Below are positions 24,271 through 31,749 of a DNA stretch of 46,000 nt, in pieces. Source of the DNA: a virus. Location: positions 1 through 46,000 of the IMG/VR virus record IMGVR_UViG_3300032893_000092. One strand, written 5' to 3'. The notes under the pieces are model-generated. The model was not told the DNA's origin. It made no database searches and worked only from the letters and a program-made list of their open reading frames with translations. The translations under genes were made by a program, and so were the position numbers. The stretch's first letter is position 1. Each line of letters opens with the position of its first letter.

Positions 24271-25274
24271 GCCTCAGCCAAGAGAACGGAGTAGTCATGA
24301 AGGTCATGGTGTCGGAACTTTTTCCAGAAGCTCGGGTGAGGGACTTCAATGTAGGGGAGGTTCTGTTCCGAACAGACGCGAGCCGCGGTCTTCCCGAGCG
24401 CTACACAGCGCTGGAACTGAGGAAGAGCCTTGACCACAGTACGGAGGTTCCGGTGACCGGACGACTTACGCCGGTGACGATGTCGATGTCGATCTGTGAC
24501 CTGACCGGCCGGAGTCACGGCGTTCACGAAGGCCAGCTGTCGTTCGCTCAGACCGGCTTCCACGATCGCCTTCGTCAGATAGGCCGAGGAGCTGTCCGCT
24601 TCTTGGCTGTAAAACGGGAGACCGAAGCTCTGTCTCTTGTGATTGATCTGTTCTCCGACTATCAGGAACTTCGCGAAGGGATCGCCGATCACTTGATAGG
24701 GGAGGCGCCGAGGGTTCGTCATCACTTGCTCGATCACTCGGTCGTAACCAGCTTCGTCAGTAGGCTTGGCATTGTAGTTATAGCCGATCAGTTCCCAGTT
24801 CTTGTCCACTTCCTCGGAGAAGAGTCTGTAGATCGAGGTGATCTTCTCCAGGCGATCGACGTAGTCGCCGGTCTTCTTCACCATGTCCCAGGGTAGCTTC
24901 CTCTTCTCAGCCCAGTTATGCTGAACCTGGTCGAGACCAGGGAGACAGATGACGGTCTTCGCGGACAGGCTCCGGAGGAACCTCTCGATCAGGACTCGCC
25001 GGTGAGGTCCGAAGATGTCTCCGTTCCTCATGACCTGACCGTAGATGATCTCGGTCAGATAGAACCGGTCGATCACGAAGTTCCGGCCGCGACGACGCGC
25101 GTCCCGGACGACCTGGGTATAGGTCTCGAACTTCCCGACACTCGGAATCGGGACGCCGTTCTTCAGCTGGACCTGGTCGTGGTAGAGTGTCTCGAAGCCG
25201 TAGTGGTCTACCAGCTGGTTAATGAAGGTGGTCTTCCCACCTCCGTCAGGTCCGTCCACGATTACTAGACGCAT
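24258..25274 (-). CDS. thymidylate-kinase-like P-loop domain fused to a UDG-superfamily-like domain
   Basis: ATG 25274 follows GGGAGG. The N-terminus has MRLVIVDGPDGGGKTT and IDRFYLTEIIYGQ (Tmk-like). The C-terminus has LIVGEQIN...GLPFYS and ...VPHPSFW, which resemble UDG family-4 motifs A and B, with a divergent motif A. Confidence 0.55.
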   Translation of the reverse strand: MRLVIVDGPDGGGKTTFINQLVDHYGFETLYHDQVQLKNGVPIPSVGKFETYTQVVRDARRRGRNFVIDRFYLTEIIYGQVMRNGDIFGPHRRVLIERFLRSLSAKTVICLPGLDQVQHNWAEKRKLPWDMVKKTGDYVDRLEKITSIYRLFSEEVDKNWELIGYNYNAKPTDEAGYDRVIEQVMTNPRRLPYQVIGDPFAKFLIVGEQINHKRQSFGLPFYSQEADSSSAYLTKAIVEAGLSERQLAFVNAVTPAGQVTDRHRHRHRRKSSGHRNLRTVVKALPQFQRCVALGKTAARVCSEQNLPYIEVPHPSFWKKFRHHDLHDYSVLLAEACRE

Positions 25275-25328
25275 GTCACAGCCTCCCTCTGAAGAGTCTC
25301 CGCGTTCTTCCACACCAGACGCTGGAGG

Positions 25329-25532
25329 TTAGGACCGAGATCGAGGAGTCTCGTCGAACTCGGTAGATTCATCTCGATCAGGAGCTGGCTTAGAGCGAGC
25401 TCCACGAACTGGCTGTCGATCACTACCCTTGCCGTACCTGTCACTGGTTTTACCTCGTTCCAGCTTCGGGAGACAGTCCATCACTCCCAGCTGGGTCAGG
25501 ATGTGATGAGGGGATTCTACTTCGTCGCTCAC
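25329..25532 (-). CDS. hypothetical protein
   Basis: 67 aa with a GTG start in a GTGA overlap with an upstream open frame. Confidence 0.4.
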   Translation of the reverse strand: MSDEVESPHHILTQLGVMDCLPKLERGKTSDRYGKGSDRQPVRGARSKPAPDRDESTEFDETPRSRS

Positions 25533-25686
25533 GAGCTTATAACCTCCGTACTTGTCAGTACGATCTTGACGAACCTCTTCTTCTTGTTCCTAGGTCCTAT
25601 TGGCTGGATCACGGCTACCTTGTCCGTCTTACTGACCAGGCGTCCGAGATGCCAGCCGCTAGGGGTGGATTCGCTGTAGTAGCGAA

Positions 25687-26001
25687 TTAGACTTCGGCTG
25701 TCGCCGGAGCCGGGTTCGCTTCCACCGCGGCTACTGTGGAGTTCTTCGCCGCGTGACGAGCTTTCATCGCGTCGCTGATCTTCTTCCGACGAGCCGGAGA
25801 CATCCCGGACCCCTTCGGAGCTGTCGCTGGCTTCTTTGCAGACGCCAGGAGTGATCCCTTGGTCGCCTTCAGGAAGTCGAGCTGAGTTCTCAGCGTCGCG
25901 ATCTCCGCGTTCACCTTCGCGATCTCGGCGTCGATCGAAGCCGCGATCCGCGAGTGAGCTGTCGCCGGAGCGACTGGAGCCGCTTTCTTCTTCGTGGACA
26001 T
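25687..26001 (-). CDS. small basic coiled-coil protein (possible DNA-binding)
   Basis: Strong RBS GGAAGGAGG. 104 aa and Lys/Ala-rich, with a coiled-coil IDAEIAKVNAEIATLRTQL and then MSPARRKKISDAMKARHAAK. Confidence 0.6.
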   Translation of the reverse strand: MSTKKKAAPVAPATAHSRIAASIDAEIAKVNAEIATLRTQLDFLKATKGSLLASAKKPATAPKGSGMSPARRKKISDAMKARHAAKNSTVAAVEANPAPATAEV

Positions 26002-26065
26002 AGTGGTTACCTCCTTCCTGAGACTGTACTCCTAAAGTCGATTGAATTACCATAGCCCCTTAGTG

Positions 26066-26380
26066 CTACTTCTGGTTAAAGTGATTGAAGATAGCTTCCA
26101 GGAGCCGCTTACGAAGAGGAGCCTCCTTCGTTTCCACCAGCGCCAGGTTCTCCTTCTTGTCGCAAGCTACTCGCCGGAAGGCTCGGTTAAAGAACCGTGA
26201 CCTCTTGAACCTATTCTCCGTTCCGCGGAGGAGCTTCTTCGAGTCACCGTCTCCCGTCCAGACGTTGAACTGTCCGGCGTGCTGGGGATCGGGTGAGAGA
26301 GCCAGGGGAGAGGAGTGACCTCTCGGCTCCCGACAGCGGTCTCCCTGGTAGTGCTCCTTGCATCGTTCAGCTGATCTCAC
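26066..26380 (-). CDS. hypothetical protein
   Basis: 104-aa ORF with a GTG start. No family recognised. Confidence 0.4.
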   Translation of the reverse strand: MRSAERCKEHYQGDRCREPRGHSSPLALSPDPQHAGQFNVWTGDGDSKKLLRGTENRFKRSRFFNRAFRRVACDKKENLALVETKEAPLRKRLLEAIFNHFNQK

Positions 26381-26480
26381 GGTTACAATCTCCTTCGATA
26401 CGGAGGAACGTCTGGCCGTCCCTCTCTGTGATCCACAGTCTGTAGAGCCGTAGTCGGAACCAGAGACAGAAGTACTTCAC
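26367..26480 (-). CDS. small hypothetical protein (37 aa)
   Basis: Hand-translated as MKYFCLWFRLRLYRLWITERDGQTFLRIEGDCNREIS. GTGA overlap with the upstream stop. It fills an otherwise empty 96-nt gap. Confidence 0.3.
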   Translation of the reverse strand: MKYFCLWFRLRLYRLWITERDGQTFLRIEGDCNREIS

Positions 26481-26755
26481 CGCTGATCCATCCAGGAACT
26501 CAATAGACTCTGGAACTCGGTCTTGAGGCGCCGGAGTTCGTCCGCGGCTTCCTGGTAGTCGTTCAAGGCCGCGTCCTTCAGCGCCTCCAGCCGCTTCGTC
26601 TTTACGGTGAGTTCCTGGATCGAGTTCCGGAGTCGGACCATCTCGACCGGGAGGAGAGGACCTGTCACGTTACTCCCAGGCTTCAGTGTTTCGATCTTAC
26701 CGACCACGATGGTCGGATTCTGAGAACTTTCTAGCTCTGTCTTTTTAGTTGTCAT
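26477..26755 (-). CDS. hypothetical coiled-coil protein
   Basis: ATG 26755 (MTTKKTELESSQ...) follows GGAGAG and avoids overlapping the upstream gene. Confidence 0.5.
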   Translation of the reverse strand: MTTKKTELESSQNPTIVVGKIETLKPGSNVTGPLLPVEMVRLRNSIQELTVKTKRLEALKDAALNDYQEAADELRRLKTEFQSLLSSWMDQR

Positions 26756-26757
26756 GT

Positions 26758-28362
26758 TTAAGCTCTCCACTTTCCGTTCCACATTGTCACGATAGTCCGC
26801 ATCCCGTTAGGATAGGTCAAGACGTGAGAGTGGGACCAGCTGGACGGACCCCAGTTATAGTCCCATTCCAGCTTCGAGCTGGTTCCGGCGACGTAGAGTC
26901 CATTGTAGATACCGGCCGAGTGAGTGTGAGCCGTATTCGCTCTCCGACCGATCTTGTTCAGGTTGTTAGGAGTCCCTCTGGCTCCGTCAGGTCCGAGGTA
27001 TCCATGCATACCACACTCGATCTTCCGGTTACAGATTGTGTAGGACTCGTCTGGGAGGAGGAACTTCACGTCCTTCAGTCCGAACTTCGAGAAGGCGTAT
27101 TCCGTCAGGTTCACCTTCTTCGGAGTGGTTCCTGTTCTGATCTGTTGATAGAACCAGGTCTGGAGGTCCAGGAACAGTTCGGCGTTCGCCGCGTCCGGCC
27201 GGTAGTCATACTTCGCCAGCCAGGATCGTAACCACCAGCCATCATGGTTAGAGTCCGGGACGACGATCGAACTCCATTCTCGTTTATAGGTCTCGATCAG
27301 GCGAGCGGTCTGGTCCAGTTCGGCATCCACCCTATGGAGTCCGCGGAGCCAACGGTGGAAGGAGACATGAGGGTTCTTGTCCTTGACCTGGTGACGGCTG
27401 AAGCTGACACCTTCACAAACGTCATGGAGGAACTGGACCTTCGGCTTCAAAGTATCCAGGAGATCGTGAGAAGCCTTGACCACTTCCGGGTCGGCCATCG
27501 TACCGTGGAGGTCTCCCCAGGTCACGGCTTCGATCGTGTTCCCTTCCGTAACTTTCCCATCTTCGACCACCACGTCCAGGTCCTGGAGCTTTCCTCCCTT
27601 GTTTGAGAAGCCGATCTGACGGACCCACCACTCTCCTCTGTGGTTCACTTCCACGATCACGGCCGCGTAGCGGTGGTGGTGTTCGGCCTTGATACCTTCC
27701 TTTTTCTGGATGTAGTTCTTCAGGGTCACGGCGCCCGTCGTGAAGTTCAGCTTCGTCCCTTCACCTTGCATCGTCGCGATGGACCTCATAGCTACCTTCG
27801 CGTGAGGGAAGATCGCGCTCTTCCGGTGGGTGTAAGTCTCCAGACCGGCCAGCGGGTCCACCGCGGTCGGTAGAATGTTCATCTCTCCACACCACACCAG
27901 GCCATGAGCCAGCTCCAGGCGCTGATCACAGATGTAACCTTTTAGCTTCGGATCGAACCATAGCTCGGTCTGGCGTTCTTTTTTCTTGCCAGCTTTGACG
28001 GCCAGGTTCCCGAAGCTGTTCTGGTTATAGCTGAAGGTTCCGACCAGGAGCTCAGCTTCTCGGTAGTCGGCCAGGAGGAGAAGAGCCTTCCAGAAGTCCT
28101 CGTTAACGTAGGTGTTGTTCTGAGCCGAGGTCAGAATATACCTTTTGATCAAGTTCTTAGCCGGGAGGAGAGCCTTCTTGTCCACCGTCCCAGTCTTCGA
28201 TCCCGCGGCGATCGGCTTCTTATAGAGACCGAGCTTCATCGCGTGACGTTTAACCGTGTCGCGACCTATCCCGAGCTCCTTAGCTGTCTTCCTGATGTTC
28301 CCGGCGTTCCTGGTGAAACACTCGCCTATCGCTTCAGGTGGTGTATGTTTTCCTACGTTCAT
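26758..28362 (-). CDS. HTH domain + unknown domain + calcineurin-like metallophosphoesterase
   Basis: The N-terminus has NIRKTAKELGIGRDTVKRHAMKLG (HTH). The C-terminal half carries the phosphoesterase motifs WGDLHG, SNHDGWW, GMHGY and AHTHSAG. Confidence 0.6.
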   Translation of the reverse strand: MNVGKHTPPEAIGECFTRNAGNIRKTAKELGIGRDTVKRHAMKLGLYKKPIAAGSKTGTVDKKALLPAKNLIKRYILTSAQNNTYVNEDFWKALLLLADYREAELLVGTFSYNQNSFGNLAVKAGKKKERQTELWFDPKLKGYICDQRLELAHGLVWCGEMNILPTAVDPLAGLETYTHRKSAIFPHAKVAMRSIATMQGEGTKLNFTTGAVTLKNYIQKKEGIKAEHHHRYAAVIVEVNHRGEWWVRQIGFSNKGGKLQDLDVVVEDGKVTEGNTIEAVTWGDLHGTMADPEVVKASHDLLDTLKPKVQFLHDVCEGVSFSRHQVKDKNPHVSFHRWLRGLHRVDAELDQTARLIETYKREWSSIVVPDSNHDGWWLRSWLAKYDYRPDAANAELFLDLQTWFYQQIRTGTTPKKVNLTEYAFSKFGLKDVKFLLPDESYTICNRKIECGMHGYLGPDGARGTPNNLNKIGRRANTAHTHSAGIYNGLYVAGTSSKLEWDYNWGPSSWSHSHVLTYPNGMRTIVTMWNGKWRA

Positions 28363-28397
28363 CTTCTTGTCCTGTTCTTGGTCGCCTGGTTTAGGTG

Positions 28398-28787
28398 TTA
28401 AACTCTTGACAGAGGAGCGTCGTCCTCACGCTCGTCGTGGACGTAGTCCATCTCCGCGAGCTCAGCTTCTGAGAACCAGCCAAGCGCGTTACACTTGTGA
28501 GGCTCCATCAGCTGAGGATCGTCGTCTCCAGCCGGGAGCGTGACTCTGAAGATGTACCCAGTCCAGAAGTTCCCGTCGATCACGCGGCCGGTATAGTGAG
28601 AGAACTCCACGGTCTCGGCCGTCAGGCCGGTCTCCTCCAGGAGCTCTCGCTGGATCGCCTCGGCCGGAGTCTCTCCGCTCTCAATCTTCCCTCCAGGAAT
28701 CCTCCAGGCCGGAGACTTTCCCAGGTGTTTATAGGCCAGGAGCTTACCCTGGTCGTCTCTAATCAGCGCTCCGACGAAGTGTCTCAT
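28398..28787 (-). CDS. Nudix hydrolase (MutT-like)
   Basis: Perfect Nudix box: GGKIESGETPAEAIQRELLEETGL. Confidence 0.85.
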   Translation of the reverse strand: MRHFVGALIRDDQGKLLAYKHLGKSPAWRIPGGKIESGETPAEAIQRELLEETGLTAETVEFSHYTGRVIDGNFWTGYIFRVTLPAGDDDPQLMEPHKCNALGWFSEAELAEMDYVHDEREDDAPLSRV

Positions 28788-29497
28788 AGGTCTCCCATCC
28801 TTCGCGTAAGGTTCTCCAGAGCCGCGGGTCGTCCTCCCACTGGACGCTCGCCAGGAAGTAGCCGTCGCATCTGTGGCGCCGTAGCCAAGCTTTCCAGGCG
28901 TCTCTTCAGCGCCTGACCTACCTCTTCGGAAGTGATCGGCTGGAGCTGAGCCAGAGCCTGTCGAACCAGGTCGTAGCTCATCTTCAGCATCTCGTAGAGC
29001 TTCACCGTCCGATCTTCCAGTTCAGCGATCGTTCCATTATTGTCGAGAACGAAGTCGGCCATCCAGGGAGCCAGATCATTACTCTCGGCTGGTTCCGCGT
29101 ACTTGGTACGGTCGAACGCCTCGACCCAGATCGCATAGTCGAAGAGAGCTTCACAGCGAGCCTGTAAGAACTCTCTCCGGTTCCTGATCCCGACATAGAT
29201 GTCGTTCTCGGCCAGGATGTCGCGCGTCAGTCTGGCTAGATCACTACCGCAATAAGCCGAGATCGTGTCAAACCAGAACTTCCGGTGATTGTGGCGATCG
29301 GCGAAACATTTTTCGACGGTAGTATAGGCCCACTTATCACTGAAGGAGTTACCGGCTTCTTTCTTGAAGGCTGACATCATCAGCCGCTCCGCACAGAACC
29401 AGCTAGAGGAGGTGAACTTCAGGCCGAACCGTCGAGCGAGAATCTCGGCGACCGTGTCCTTACCGTGACGACCGTGTCCTATGATCATCAGCTTCAT
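28784..29497 (-). CDS. deoxynucleoside monophosphate kinase-like P-loop protein
   Basis: MKLMIIGHGRHGKDTVAEIL has a GKDT P-loop as in T4 gp1-type dNMP kinases. ATGA overlap with the Nudix gene. Confidence 0.55.
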   Translation of the reverse strand: MKLMIIGHGRHGKDTVAEILARRFGLKFTSSSWFCAERLMMSAFKKEAGNSFSDKWAYTTVEKCFADRHNHRKFWFDTISAYCGSDLARLTRDILAENDIYVGIRNRREFLQARCEALFDYAIWVEAFDRTKYAEPAESNDLAPWMADFVLDNNGTIAELEDRTVKLYEMLKMSYDLVRQALAQLQPITSEEVGQALKRRLESLATAPQMRRLLPGERPVGGRPAALENLTRRMGDL

Positions 29498-29499
29498 GT

Positions 29500-30144
29500 C
29501 TACATCAGCTCCTTGAAACGGGATAAGAACTCCTCCTGAGCCTGGCGCGGCTCCCAGGGACAGCTGAGGTCCCAGGCGTGACCCAGCTCCTTAACTCCAT
29601 AAGGGTAGGCGACGTTCGACTTCGGTAAGCCGGTCATCAGCTGGCTCGCCTCGGTAGCGGCCATCCGAAGATCGACGGTCTTCATCTCGGCCATCTCGCG
29701 AACGTTCGGAGGTTCGAGACCGTACTTCTTCCAGATCGCGGCTTGAATCTTCTCAGCCAGCTTGCGGTAGTCCGAGGAGATCAAGGACTTGACTGGCGAG
29801 TTCAGGTCGTTCGTGTAGGCTTCGTGAGCGTCGTGGAGTAGGCGCTGGAGCTGAATCCTAGGCTCTCCGGCGATCCGCGAACATAGAACACTGTGCTGTG
29901 CCACAGAGTAGAACTCCTTCACGGCTCCAGTCCAGCGACAGATCATCGAGAGGTGGTGAGCTATGTCGATGATGGAGAGGCTGGGATAGGGATCGTCGAA
30001 CACGAACTTCCGGCCGGTGAAAGTAAACATGAACTGTGGTTCCGTACCCTTGGCGCCGAAGACGATCGGTCCTTCGCTTGAACTGTTCTCCATAGTTCTC
30101 TGTCTCCTCAGACCTTCGTCGAGATCGTCTTCTAGGAATCCCAT
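29500..30144 (-). CDS. HD-domain phosphohydrolase (YfbR-like 5'-nucleotidase type)
   Basis: Motifs IAHHLSMICRW, VAQHSVL and LLHDAHEAYTNDL. The start is uncertain: ATG 30144 or 30093 (both preceded by AGGAGACAG), or TTG 30213. Confidence 0.65.
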   Translation of the reverse strand: MGFLEDDLDEGLRRQRTMENSSSEGPIVFGAKGTEPQFMFTFTGRKFVFDDPYPSLSIIDIAHHLSMICRWTGAVKEFYSVAQHSVLCSRIAGEPRIQLQRLLHDAHEAYTNDLNSPVKSLISSDYRKLAEKIQAAIWKKYGLEPPNVREMAEMKTVDLRMAATEASQLMTGLPKSNVAYPYGVKELGHAWDLSCPWEPRQAQEEFLSRFKELM

Positions 30145-30231
30145 CTTGATCCTGTCTCCTGAGAGCCAGTCATCGGTTAACGACTGGCTCCCGCGCGACA
30201 GGATCGGTAGCAACTGTCGCGCGAACTTCGA

Positions 30232-31005
30232 CTAGAACGATGTGTCCTCAGTCGTCGGAGCGGCTTCGGTCTCCAGGCCGGTTGTGTCGATCTGGACGCC
30301 TTCACCCTGGAGGCTCTGGAAGAACTCTTCCGCGGCTTGGAACAGAGCGGCCGGGACGAACTCTCCGCGAGTGATCTCGGCTCCCTTCCAGCTCAGCTGA
30401 CCCTTCGCCTGGTCTACTACTTCCAGGTTATAGGTGTAGGCGTAGGCTGGGAGGTTCTTCTCGGCGATCAAGAAGTTCCACTTCTTGGCCGTCTTGAGAC
30501 CAGTGGATTTGAACGAGACCACGATCGGCTCGACCTTACCATCCTTCAGTAGCAAGGACATGCGGTTCTTGAACTCCGTCGCCTTCGGCTGGAGGGAGTT
30601 ACCTTTGTCGTCCTCGGTGAACTGTAGGTCAGCCAGCGGTGGGGTCGATCCGAGAGGATACATCTTCTTGATCCCACCCAGACCACCACCCGCGGGTCGA
30701 GGATTGAACTCGATGTATTGCTTGAAGAAGTGAAGAGGGACGACCGTGACCTTCGGTCCGTAGACCTCGCCGGTGACCGAGTTGAAGAACTCTCCGACCT
30801 TCAGGTCCGGGATGTACTCTTCCATCTTCTTATTCAGTTGTGGACTCTGGGACTGGGAGATACAGAGGCGCGGGATCAGCATGTCTTCCCGGCCGACGTT
30901 CTCCTTCCCGGCTCGGTTACCGACTTGATCCCGGAGGTGTTCCGGGAGCGTAGCGAGCGCTGTCTGTTTATCTGCTACCGCGAGCTCTTGCTTTCCTGTT
31001 GTCAT
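30232..31005 (-). CDS. ssDNA-binding / annealing-type protein with acidic C-terminal tail ending in Phe
   Basis: 257 aa with RBS AGGAGAG. The C-terminus ...LETEAAPTTEDTSF resembles the acidic Phe-terminal tails of T7 gp2.5 and bacterial SSB. It lies in the replication module. Confidence 0.4.
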   Translation of the reverse strand: MTTGKQELAVADKQTALATLPEHLRDQVGNRAGKENVGREDMLIPRLCISQSQSPQLNKKMEEYIPDLKVGEFFNSVTGEVYGPKVTVVPLHFFKQYIEFNPRPAGGGLGGIKKMYPLGSTPPLADLQFTEDDKGNSLQPKATEFKNRMSLLLKDGKVEPIVVSFKSTGLKTAKKWNFLIAEKNLPAYAYTYNLEVVDQAKGQLSWKGAEITRGEFVPAALFQAAEEFFQSLQGEGVQIDTTGLETEAAPTTEDTSF

Positions 31006-31043
31006 CTGACTCTCCTAGTTCTGAATTTTGCGAGCTGATGATT

Positions 31044-31520
31044 CTACTTCTTCGGCGTGAACGTGAGCTTCGGGATCGGATCGCTGGCGACCATTCCCGG
31101 AGGTAGAACGAACGTCTGGTTATTGACCTGAGCCTCCACCGCGAGCTCCTTCGCGAGACTCTTCGCGGTCTGAGCCATGACGGTCAGGAGATGCTCCCGG
31201 CCGGTAGCCTTGATCCACTCCAGGAACGTAGGCTTGTTCTCGATCGAGTAGTCGGTCTCGAACCCTACGGTGATCCTGGCGCCGTCGTCGAAGGTCGTGG
31301 TCTTGATTCCTTCCTCGGCGAACTTCTCACAGAGGATTAGCTCCAGGACCATAATCCGGTGATTAATCGGCTTCTCCATCTCTTCGAGGTCGGCCTTCGC
31401 CTCCCTCGCCTTCGCGTACTCGTCTTCGAGGAGCTGGAGTCCCATCCCGGCGAACTCCTTCGCGCTCTTCTCGAACTCTTCAGTCTTCCTCAGCGTGGTA
31501 GCGTCTGACCACTTAGCCAT
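31044..31520 (-). CDS. Gp157-like / Gam-like coiled-coil protein
   Basis: ATG 31520 follows AAGGAGGTG (MAKWSDATTLRK...). 158 aa with a coiled-coil N-terminus. It is adjacent to the helicase and SSB-like genes. Confidence 0.4.
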   Translation of the reverse strand: MAKWSDATTLRKTEEFEKSAKEFAGMGLQLLEDEYAKAREAKADLEEMEKPINHRIMVLELILCEKFAEEGIKTTTFDDGARITVGFETDYSIENKPTFLEWIKATGREHLLTVMAQTAKSLAKELAVEAQVNNQTFVLPPGMVASDPIPKLTFTPKK

Positions 31521-31666
31521 GAGACACCTCCTTGAAACCTTCTCGTTTCTGAACTGTTCCAGACTCTCTTCCAGGTGTAGCTGTAGCAAGGGAATGTATC
31601 GACGAACGGATCGTTCCGATCGAGCCACTCGTGGAGCGCTTCGCGGGTCTTGAACGTCATCCTCAT
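31490..31666 (-). CDS. small hypothetical protein (58 aa)
   Basis: Hand-translated as MRMTFKTREALHEWLDRNDPFVDTFPCYSYTWKRVW... ATGA overlap with the upstream mini-ORF. It overlaps the next gene by 31 nt. Confidence 0.3.
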   Translation of the reverse strand: MRMTFKTREALHEWLDRNDPFVDTFPCYSYTWKRVWNSSETRRFQGGVSWLSGQTLPR

Positions 31667-31749
31667 TTTGACAACCTACAGAACCTCGCTATCATCACCA
31701 CCACGGCGACGTAGACGAGGAACGCGAGCGGGAGAGCTAGTCTTGTCAT
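31663..31749 (-). CDS. 28-aa hydrophobic peptide
   Basis: MTRLALPLAFLVYVAVVVMIARFCRLSK. Its ATG abuts the SNF2 TAG (TAGATG). Confidence 0.3.
   Translation of the reverse strand: MTRLALPLAFLVYVAVVVMIARFCRLSK

Noticed and set aside
25529-26053. 174-aa ORF as a single gene
   Set aside because: Its N-terminal two thirds (SGSSRSGDSSLADRGFDRRRDREGERGDRD...) overlap, out of frame, the RBS-supported 104-aa gene and look like frame-shadow sequence. Only the last ~50 codons look protein-like, and these are reported separately.
31521-31628. N-terminal extension of the Gp157-like ORF (start at 31628)
   Set aside because: The internal ATG 31520 has a perfect AAGGAGGTG RBS. The extension overlaps another plausible small ORF and has no RBS.
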